Positions 22,700 to 33,319 of a stretch of DNA of 64,000 nucleotides are shown piece by piece (position 1 is the first letter of the stretch; each line of letters starts with the position of its first letter). Origin of the DNA: Raillietiella orientalis. Its lineage: Eukaryota. The stretch covers positions 992,001 through 1,056,000 of the forward strand of contig JAYWIR010000008.1 in NCBI GenBank assembly GCA_036172245.1, given 5' to 3'. The position numbers were made by a program, and so were the translations under genes. Under the pieces are notes generated by a model. The model saw only the letters and a list, made by a program, of their open reading frames with translations. It searched no databases and was not told the DNA's origin.

Positions 22700-24500
22700 A
22701 AACTGCACCCCATCCCATTTTCGTGTGACGCATGTTTTCTCCATACAAGAGCGAGTCAAAAGCACTCAGGGTGGAGAGGCTGCGCAGTTGGGGTACTCGC
22801 AGAGGAAGAGATGACAGCTGCGACCCGGATGAATGGACGAATCCCTTTTGGGACGAATCCATGGTCACACGACGGACGTGACGTTCATCCGGCTCACCGC
22901 AGCAGGGAATTCCTCCACGTTATCCATGAGCAAATGGAAGACACGGGCGAACGCACCTACAGGCGCGTCCACGTTCTTGGCGCAAACGAAGGAACGTTCC
23001 TGAAACGGTGCACAGGATTCAGGTAGGCAGACACTAGCGTGGTATCCCAGGGGCAACTTTTGTTTCGCTTCATCTGTTTTGAGACCTTTTTCCACAACGC
23101 TTGCAACAACGTCTGTAGCCAGCAACAACATCCCCTGGAACGCTCACTTTCGATGTGTGTGAAAGAGATGGTCAGGGTGATGTCCACCACATGCATGCGT
23201 TCCCGGAATCCTTTAAACTACAGTTGGGTGATCCGCTGGACGTCAAGTCCATTCAGCTTATTGAAAGAGATCACACACTAAAGGGTCCAGGATTTCACAT
23301 CCCTCGTCTTCATCTTGTCATGTCCCGATGAAGTCATGGTATAGTTTCCAAAAATTCTTCGCGCACATCCATCGGTCGGCGCGGCTCTTCTCGGGAGTCG
23401 ATGTTGTAGGCGACTCCTCCTTTGGGGGGTCATCCCGACCTATACGTCCAATAAACATCGCAGCCATATTGGATGTAAAAGCCAACCATGAGGCCCCTTG
23501 AGGGAGTACAGCAGCGGGACCTTCAGCTCTCTCCTAACTCCTTCATTTTGGGGACCTCAAGATCCTAGAGAGCTGATTATTAGGGTTCGGATGGTCACCT
23601 GGACATCCTTCGTCGGCAGGAAAGACACAATGAGGTCTTTCTATGCATCCCCTCTCTCGAGCACTTCTAAACGCGTCCAAGGGATGATCTCCAAAGGGAG
23701 CAGGCAGCGTCCAGAACGAACATTTTCCTCTTCTTTCGCAGCATCTAGATCCGAGAGGAGACAGCCTACTAGAGCAGCAAGGAAGAGATTCTTCTGCCAA
23801 GAAAGTCGTTCGTAATGGGCGAAACCCTTTTACTCGTGCATGCGGTTCAATTCTTACAGCCCGTAGCGCTCACTTTTTCCTCTGCTAACATCGCAAAACA
23901 ACACACGTATTCAAACCACTGCAACAAATCACTGTCTTTGTCAATCATTTTTATCTACTGGAAATCATGTTTTTGCATAACAGTCAGGGTTTCGATGGCT
24001 TAGACACTGCTTGATGACAGTATCCCCCCCCCCTCTTCTTTTGAAAAGAGACTTCGGGAATGCCTTCGTCAAACCTAAGGAAATACACATCCACTCTCGC
24101 TGCCCCCAAAGTCACATCCCATCACCTAGCGTTGCTTCCGAGAGCATTGAGGATGCCCTTTGAAGCGCTTTGAATCCATTTCCAGCATAGTGACTTAAGT
24201 CATGTACAACCAAGTTGGCAAGGTTCCGCTGAATCCTGCTGCCCACACGGACCTCAGACCTCAGACCCGTTCGGGCAGCACGGAGCCCTGGACTGGGATG
24301 ATGCAAATCCGATTCAGAAAGCTCCGAATTGATTTCAAAGACCGAATGAACAGAAATGTAGATCAGACGTAGCAGCTCTCCATCGTTGGGGATGTGAACT
24401 TCTGAGTTTACTCCTTAGGAACAAAATACCTTCGTTGTTAGCACAAACGGATGTTCATTTTGATAACGGGTGCCGCACATCACTCGTAGCCTTACGCACA
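22700..24500 (-). pseudogene. Decayed intronless coding relic, possibly N-terminal block I of a negative-strand RNA virus L protein
   Basis: Long near-open minus frames: KGFAHYE..LVGCLLSDLD, GDHP (~23590), GFYIQYGCDVYWTYRSG*PP (~23430, about 55 codons after the HP), FKGFRERMHVVDITLTIS. Boundaries approximate. Confidence 0.42.
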
Positions 24501-26154
24501 ACACTGTCAGTACAATTCTTAGTGCCAGATTCATAACGTGGTGAAAATCAGTGGCTCAATATGAGCATCAAACAATTTTACGAACCGGCTCGCTCGGTTC
24601 GGAGCAGCAGCCATCTTGGCAAGGAAAATCGATAAGGGCAGCAGCACCTACCGTGAGGAGAGTGCTCGCTTTTCAAAAGCTTGCCACATCTGATCGTCGG
24701 ACTACCTCGAAACGTGTACCCAGTCCGACCAGCGGTGGGGTGAATTTATTCGACATACAAGAAACAAGCAAGCACTGTTACTCTGACGATTCGTCAGTCG
24801 ATCGTTCTTCGTGTCACTGCGGCCCTCGCGGGCAGGTCACTGCACCGTCCTGGCCGCGCACTGCAGTGTCCTTAGGCAGCGCTGGAGGATCCAAGATGGC
24901 GCCCCCCTCACGCACGGATGCCGATTTCTTTGATCAGAAGTCCCTGCAGGACATCTCGGGCGCTGCACGTGCGGCCCCTCGCCAGCTCCGTCCTCCTGAG
25001 GATCTTCGTCCTTCCTTCTTCCTGAGGATGCTCCTCAGGAAGAAGGCGACGATCTCCCGCCCTGTGGGGTTGTAGCGGGGCACGCCGTCTTGAGTAACGT
25101 GTAACTGTTGTCCACCCTTTTAAGAGCAGTAGCCACATTTCTTCTTCTGACACTAATTATGCCACAGATTTGAGACGAAAGAGAAGCAGCAGAGCACTTT
25201 TATTGCCCGGAATCCATACCAACGGGGGGATAGCTCTGCATTGTTTCGCTGGAGGAGTCATCGGTTGCTTGGTTACCTGCCTTTCCAGCAGACGGTTGGT
25301 GCTGAACCCTGCATTCGTGGCTGGAAGTGATTGGTGTATTCAAAGTTGCTTCCGTCACTTCCACGACGAGGCCTACCAGGCCGTCAAATTTCGACGCCCC
25401 GGCGCACCCAGGTGGAAACCATGATCATCAGATTTTGGGTGCCAGCGCCGTGCTGCGCCACGCACGCCAGTTCTTGTTTGCTTCTACCCTTGCGCTCGAG
25501 AGTTGTGCCTTCGAGCCTGGTTTCATCTGAAAGCTGCTTCAGGGTGGACCCGCGACCAGAGATTGCATCTCGTGGACCAGCAAAGCTCAGTAAGTACCCT
25601 CATCGTGACGAGGGGGGGTTCTATGAAGGAAAGAGTAAGCAGTCGGCCATGGCAGAAGCGAAAGATGCAGCGGAAAGCAAAGGAGAAACAAAAAAAATGC
25701 GTCCCGGAGGCTGACGCGGGCCTCTGAGGTGCAGCGGCGGCTTAAGGCAGACCGACGACTGTCCCTTCCCTTGGGCTGTCGGAATGACGCCCCATAAGGC
25801 GAGGGTTGCATGAGTGAAACACAAATGATGTCGGCGTGAAAGAGGACTCGAACATGGAGACGCAGATGCCCAGGGTGCGTCTTTCTGCCAAAGTTCCCTC
25901 TGGGACCTCAGGAAGAGAGGCATCAAGAGAGGGCGCACACAACACACGTGGCTCTGTTCCCGTTTGTCTCGGCAGCAGGTGTTGCGTCCCAAGAGGTTCT
26001 CTTCCCGCTGCTACACAACGTGAGAAGGGGAGGAAAAGAGGCGAGATTCAAGGTAGGTGTCTCCTGAGATCTCCTTCGCGCGGATTAGGGAGGTCTCCTT
26101 TGATAGAACGAGCGATTGAAGGGGCTCTCGATCAGGGACAGCCTTGGCACTGCG

Positions 26155-26585
26155 GAACCGAACGTTGGGTTACAGCACGCCCGATGCGACGTTCCTCGGG
26201 TTCGATGGAAGGCGTCGGTTGCTGTGGTTGCCGGACGGCGGAGGGTCCCAAGAAGTGCTGAGGAGTGCGCGCAACGAGTTGCCCTGCCGAGGTGACTGGC
26301 GCGCCGAAGATGGGTGGTGGGACGCTCCGGCGTCGGGTCTGCACCAAGCCTCCGGGACAGAGCCGCTCCTGTCCTCTGGCCGTTGCGTTGTCGGCAGGTT
26401 TCGGGCGAGCGGGATGTGGCGGAAGGGTGAGGGACGCCCGCTCTCCCGTAGACGCTGCCGCAGACCTTGGTGGCAGCAACAGACGCCCTGGTGAGATCGT
26501 GAAGGTCTAATGCAGTCGAGAGGCTCATGAGAGGCGCTCTTGCGAGCGTGCGGTCCGATCGATGTTGAGCGCTCCTGCCGTGCAG
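26155..26585. repeat. ~430-bp dispersed repeat, copy B
   Basis: Same orientation as copy A, with an extra ~25-nt segment in the middle. Confidence 0.9.
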
Positions 26586-27461
26586 AGGTTCTCCGCATCC
26601 TCACTGGCTGCCTGGATGAGGGCGTTTGCGGAACGAGGGAGTCGTCCCCTCCACGGTCCGCAAGGAAAGTAGGGAAGCACGTGGGTTACCGGGGAGACCG
26701 AGCAGAGTGGACAGGAGTGGCGATAACTTCCGATTTCGCAGCCTCCGCATTGGGGAATTCGTTAATTCGTTCCACTCTCTGAGCAAGAGTGCCTCTTCGC
26801 AGTGAGGTCCATGTGGGGTGAAGCACAGAAACGACCTCTCCCTCTCTCTCCTTGCCCTCAGAAAGATGGGAGCCGGATCTCCGAAGGCGGGGATTGTCGA
26901 GGGAGAAGGAGAACGCGGGAGTCCGATTCCTTCGGATAATTCCTGCCAGGTTCTCTAGCGGACCAAGAGGCTAGCACTGGAGCAAAGGAGGGGAAGGGCG
27001 AAGCTGGGGCGAGCAGCGTTGCATGGCTTCATCCTAGAACAGATTCTTCGACCGCGATAGGGAAACTTTGTTCTTTCTTCCGCCTTCCTCTTTTTCTCCC
27101 TTCCGCTCCTTCGTATCCTTGACACGCGCGAGCATCGTCTTCCGACACAGCCTGACCTTTTCTCTTATAGCCCTTTAAGGACAAGCAGGAATCTCCAGTT
27201 GACCAAGCGCAATCCCGCTTGTCCCAGCTTGCTCTCCACCCTCACTCTTTGGAGAAGACCACACGCACGCACGCTCCCCCTGGCTTGTGAGACCTTCATG
27301 CTCACGGTTTTAGGGTGCCCCTTCCTAAAGAGGTCCTCGCGCGTGCCTCCCGGAGAACCTGCTGGAACACCTCTTCGCTCGTGCAGGAACGCCTCCTGCG
27401 GCGTCTATCGCAGGCAGCTCCGTGCTGCTTGTGCGGCGCTGAGGAGGCGAAAAGCTACTAC

Positions 27462-27485
27462 GATGATGATGATGATGATGATGAT
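27462..27485 (+). repeat. (GAT)8 microsatellite
   Basis: Direct reading. Confidence 0.95.
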
Positions 27486-30119
27486 GGAAGCCAGACGAAC
27501 AGCCCCTTTGGTGATCTTTTTAAGGATGACCTCAAGATGACCGCACCTTCTCCAGTCGTCAGGGTGCCAAGAAACTCCTGAAGGAAGGAAAAGGGCCGAG
27601 GAGGGGCACGAAAGGATGAAACAGCTCCTGCAAAAACTCATTCCTCCTTTGCCATGAAACAGTCCAAGTCCGTTTCCCTACCTCTCGAGATCTGAAAGTT
27701 CGTATCTCACTCAGCACAAGGAGGAAATCGCCGACATCCTGAAACCTGTGCCGAGGACTTCAGGAGTACATCTGTGATCCCCTCCCTTTGACCTCCAAAC
27801 TTTTTGAAGCTGTTTTTTTTTGTGTGTTGTTGTTCGTTTATTCTTTTTTTTTTTTTCGCTCATTCTTCGTGCTGAATTCCTGTCCCTTTTCCTTCCCGTG
27901 CGGAACTCTGCGGCGAGCAGCTCGTCAGCAGCACAGACTCCAGGGCTGTACCGAGGTGGGGAGATGTCAATCTCACTGAGGAAAACGGACTGCTCCACTG
28001 CAAAGAAGGAAGGAGTTTTGCAAGAAAGGTCCAGGACTGACCGGGCGCAAAAAAACAGGCGGCGTTCATTCCGAGTCAACGGGCGGGAACGTCGCGGGCG
28101 AGACGAACTCTCTCTCCCAAGTCCAGGGAGTTCCTCAGATGGCGCTTCCTAGTGCAGAGCCCGCTATCATCTACCCCATTGCTACGGTGCCTCCCCCCCC
28201 TTCCAGCCTCGCGGTGTGGTTCCCGTCGGTTCCCCCTCGAAGTCTGGTGGCCATTCCTCAGCGGGTGCACCCGAGCTCCTCCTTCGGATCGCAGTCAGGT
28301 CGGACGCACTCAGCACGCTGGTGCGATCTCCTCCTCTTCAGTCTCCCTACCCTCTCTGTCTCTTGCCTCTCTCCGGGAGAAGCGGCCTCCCCATCCCCAT
28401 CCATCATGGTTACCTAAAGACGAACTCATTTCCGAGGGCGCGCTCCGTTCTCTTCCCTCTTACGGGTTCCGGATCTCCCACCTCTTCTCCCTCTTTCTTG
28501 CAGGACTGCTGGTTTCTAGAGGGTCACGGGACCGCGATGTCCTCGCAGATGGCATATTTCATCTCCAGGTGTAACTGCCCTCCTTCGACTGGATAGGGTC
28601 CGGGGTGGTAGTCAACACGCTGGGCGGTGCGGTTCCTCTGCTGGTAAAAGCGTCGAGCGCCAGGCCAGACGGAGGTGCAGCGTGGAATGGCGGGAAGGAG
28701 GGGGAGACCTCCATCCCCTGTCCCGGTCGCGCACAGGTAGTTCCGGCAAAAGAAGGACCGCAGCAGAGGAGGGCCACTCTTGTGACGTCACGGGCTGCTC
28801 GCTCACAGGCCGCGACCAGCGATCTCCGAGGAAGACTCAAAGTGCAGCTTGTCCTCTGCCCAGGTAGAGCCGAGGGGAGGGCTCTTCGGGCCCCCTCGCG
28901 GGGGATGCGGGTTCCGGGATGGCTGGGGAGCCCGCAGGTCCGTGAAAGTCCGCGCAGGATGAGAGGTTTGGGGAGAGTTTCGCCGGACGCAGTCCAGTCG
29001 CGAGAGTAAACGCCGCAACTAGTGGCACCGACCCCCACCTCCTCAACCAGCCCTCAACTCTTCTGCCGTCGGATAAGAGGCATTTCGTGGGCTTCCTCGT
29101 TCGTGGCAGCGTTCTCCTGGTGGCCCACGATGACCCTCCGATGTGTGGGTGGGCGGTAGCCTCCACCCAACTAGTGGAGCTGCTCTTACAGCCGAGAGAC
29201 GTCTCCGGCTCCCTATTTTCCTGGGACAGCGTTCTCTTCCTGTCCTGCAGAGCGGGAGGTCTTGACCCACCCGAGCGAGGTGTCCGTGCCGAGCAATCTG
29301 TATGGAAGGTTACGTGGGACCCGGATGGATCGTTCCCTCGCGAAAAGACTAGTCGCCCGTCAGACACTCCCCTTCCCGACCCTTCCTCTTCCTTCAGTTT
29401 CTCGACCTCCTGACGACTGGAGGAGGTACGGTAAGTCGGGTGACCCTCGGCGTGCGGCGCGCACTGCCCAAAGGTCCCCTGCCAGCAGGACGGTGAGATC
29501 AGTAGACGCGCTTGCCAGGAAAGCAAGGTCTCCTGTTCCGTCCCGGAGAAGGAGGGGGGTGACGATCAGGGCTGTAAGCAAGAAGGAACTTTCTGAGACG
29601 AATCGCCGAAGGGCATCCTGAGGCCCACAAGTCCTTTCGGATCAGACGCGTTCCCTGGGATTCCAGATGCCGCAGGTGCCGGGGGTAGCCTGATCTCGTG
29701 AGAAACTTTTCCGCTTCCCACCGGATTTCAAACGCTGGGAACGGAAGGAGGGGGAGGACCCACAGGCCCTGTGTGGGAGCAACACACGCGCGCACAACCC
29801 TCCAGAAGTGCTCTCTAAGTGTGAGCAGGAGAGCATCTCAAGCGCAGTAGTCACACTGCGCCGCTTGCATGCATGCGCTGCAGTCTCCACCAGCACCTTT
29901 TCTGTGCTGGAGGGAAAAAAGGGAAGTCACAGGGCTCGCACAACCTTCGCACTCGGACGAGATGGGGGAGGGAGAGTAGGAGCAATTCTTCTGTCTCTTC
30001 CTCCTCCTTGCTTCCATGCCTGAGTTTTCCCTTTCATCCTCTGAGCCAGCTATCGCGTGGTCTGTAGTCCATCCTTCATCCCGGAGCGTCCGCTCTTTCT
30101 CTTTTGCTACCCTTCGGAA

Positions 30120-30162
30120 CTTTTCGGCCTTTTGGCTAGGATCAAGATGCAGTGTCTTTACT
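30120..30162 (+). pseudogene. U2: U2 snRNA 5' fragment (degenerate)
   Basis: CTTTTCGGCCTTTTGGCTAGGATCAAGATGCAGTGTCTTTACT aligns to U2 CTTCTCGGCCTTTTGGCTAAGATCAAAGTGTAGTATCTGTTCT. No downstream U2 sequence or Sm site. Confidence 0.8.
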
Positions 30163-33100
30163 GAATTTGACCTTCAGGGAAGAGGGATATAACTCTCTGT
30201 TTTCTTTTTTTTTTTTTGGCTTTTAGCAGAAGCCGGAGGAGCACGTGGAGCATGCGTGGATTCTTGAAATCGTCCGTATCCCGTAAGGGTTCGTCACGGT
30301 CTCCACGATGTTCCCGGGACATCTCGGATGCTCGCGCGTTGCCACGTCTCGTGTTTCCTCCATCGGCGTGAAGGCCTGTAGCAGCAGCCGATGACGCATA
30401 CTTCCCAAACGATTTAACGATAAACACACGCCTTTCGGCTGAAACGCGTGCACGCATGCGCGCTTCCCTTTTTTCACTTCTTAAAGTGGAAGGTGAGGCG
30501 CGTTGATGCACAGGCAAGAGCGTAGGGAACCTTCCGGACCGTGCCGCCCTGACTCCTCACGAAACTGGCGTTTCACTTTGAGTTTCCTTCTAGAAGATGC
30601 TACTGCTTTTCACTGGAGCGCTCCAGCTGAGCCCTTGCCACAGACTCGTCGTGCAGCGTGCAGCGTTCCCCGGCGACCCAAGAGATCTAAGTATAGATCC
30701 CGGTGGCACGCACCACCAACAATGCTCGCATTGTCGGACCTTCCTAGGCTTGGGTGGATGCGGGTGTCTCAACAATGAATGGGGGAAATTTTTTCGGAAG
30801 GAGACATTCCGAAAAAATTTCCGTTGGTCTCCCCTCGTTCCGTGGTTTCGTCTCCGAATTTCTGTTCGCCATGTTTGGGAAACTTCAGCATCGCACCGCA
30901 CTTTGAAAAATTTCGGAAAGGCTGTGGAATGTTCCGATTCAAGGCGCGAGTCGATTTCAACGCTCCCCATTCGTCGGCCAGTTATTAATAGAATTTCCGC
31001 CGCCAGTTCATTGCAAACATGGCGCTTTCGTTTCTGAACCGGCGCTATCGATACGAGAGCGACTATTTTTGTTTATTTTTCCCCTCCTCCTCCCGTCAAG
31101 ACATTGTGTACTCGTACTTGCTTTATTACGTGCGTACCATTTGACCCAGCTAGCTTTCATTTCCGGGCGCTGGCTTCTCGGTCGCTCCTGGCTGCAGATT
31201 TCATTCGAATACGCACGTGAATTCAACGTGCATTTCAGATCCATGGATCCCTCGTCTTCGTGTGGCTCGCTTCGTTCACGAAATCCATGCTAATCCGAAT
31301 ATGAAATACGAGCGTCCTTGAAAAAGGAAAAAAAAGAAAAGTGGCTTCCTCGAATTACACGCTGCTTTCCTTGCATCCGGATTGTGTTGGGAGTTCAAAG
31401 GTTCCAAGCCGATAGCCATTCAAGGAAGCAGACGTCTGACGTGGCTACTGTCTGTGTTTTTTTCGCCTGCCTCCGAGCATGTGTGCAAGCAACGGAAGAC
31501 CAGACCATGACTGAACGATGAGCGGGTTACCGTCGATCCAGGGTGCTTATCTCTTCGCTCGGCAGGTGTCCGGCACCGGCAAGGACCACGGTTAGCGCAG
31601 CGTGCAAGGAAAAGGCTATCGAATCTCAGCAGCTGCAACGGGGTCTCCGTTGGAGGACACTCTGCCGGCATGGCCTTTCGGGAGGCTCCTCTGCCCACAT
31701 GCACTTCGTGGTCCTTCCGCACGCGTCGGGTTGCGAGGAAGGGAGGTTCGGAGCCTGCAGAATCGTGGAGTTTCCTCTGACCCTGAAATCCCGGTCTCGG
31801 CAAGCCCCATCTGTCAGTTGCCGCGCTGCTCTTGGGAATGCCGGAACCCTTGAGGAGCAGCCCAGATCACTTCGTCTGGTTGCCCCCTGCTCTCGCGCTG
31901 GGGACCAACCGGATTGGATTCCCGGAGCCCAGTCCTCCTTCAGGCATCCATCGCATCCAAAGAGCGGTGTTCAGGCCAAGAGCCTAAACATCGCCTTTTG
32001 CGGGGATGCGGGAAGGGAAAAAGGAGCTGTGGGAAACGGGAGACCGCTCCCTTCTAAACACATGTGACGTGTGAATCCCCCTTCTCGGTGTGCACGCGTA
32101 CGATCTTCTTGGGTGTTCGCTACTGCTGCTGTCGCCTCCTCGGTGATTCCCTGGGGCGTTTCCTGAAGGGAGGGAACAAACACGCGGGAAAGTGACGGGA
32201 ACTCAGTTTCTAGTGCGTTTCTAGCTTCCAGGGAAGGATGCCATCGGGACCCGCCCTCAGAGAACAGTGGCACGGGGAACGAAAAAAAAAGAAAACGTTG
32301 GGAGTGGGGTCAGGAGAGGGTCGCACCCTGTTCCGGTCGCATCCTGTTCTGAGTTCTCTGGAGGAAGCGGGCGATTCCCTTCCCGGGCGAGGCTACCTCG
32401 TCGCGACCCTCGCGGGGCAGGTCGCGAAGCGGATGGTTCCCCTCCGTTCCGCCCTCTTTCGGCTCCGGTCTGTGCGACAGGCGGCATCCCGCGGGAGCGG
32501 CAAGCGGCGAGCGGTGGTGCTCCTCTGGGATTGCCAGCTGGCAGTCGGAAAGGGGGGGAGGAAGGGAGAGTCCGTGCGAAACGCTCCTGGACCCCCGCTT
32601 TTCGGGAAGAAGGGCGCTCGCTCGCTTGGTTTCAGGAGATCCACGCGCTTCCTCCAATGCGCAGCTGCGAGCTGGACCTCTCCTTTCTATGCCTTCACCC
32701 CACCCACCCCTTCATCCGAGGGCACTGAGGGACGCTCCGCGGCTTCGCATTTCCGCATGTGGCCTCTCGGGAGAACCTGCAGCCGCGTCCATGGAAACGC
32801 ATCCTTCTCCGAAGGAGTCGTCCGTTCGCTCGTGGTCCGGGCAGGACATCCAGCATCCCAGAAGGCATCGAAAAGGCGCGTTCCGGAGAGCCCCGGAGGC
32901 TTCGCGACCTACTGCGAACCGAGCCGACAGGATGGACCTCTGCGCGGCGGTCAGGGATGCTCCCGTCGTCCCGAGGGCATCCCTTCATGGAGCCGATTTC
33001 CCAGCCCCTTGTGGCTCTCCCTCCTGCCACGGTGAGGAGGAGGAGAAGGAGGGAGCAGATAGAGGGTCCTTCCCGATTGCACGGGCGGGAGAGGCAGAGG

Positions 33101-33319
33101 TTGCTGTGGGCGCTGCCTGGCGGGAGGTGCCGAACCACCGGCCGCGTCCTCGACTCAAAGGCTGAGGTGGCGTTCAGATGACTCTCCCCTTCCAGGACTC
33201 GGGAGTCAAAATATCCACTCGAAAGGGGACTCCTCCCGGAGGTCAAGTGGCCACCAGAAAAGAGAAAAAAAATTTTTTTTTTTCCTGCTGGAGAGGACAC
33301 ACGCAGATGGGACGGGTAA

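Noticed and set aside
29360..29581. TVLLAGDLWAV resembling an APE endonuclease GDFN motif
   Set aside because: Single degenerate motif with no supporting SDH or other APE motifs.
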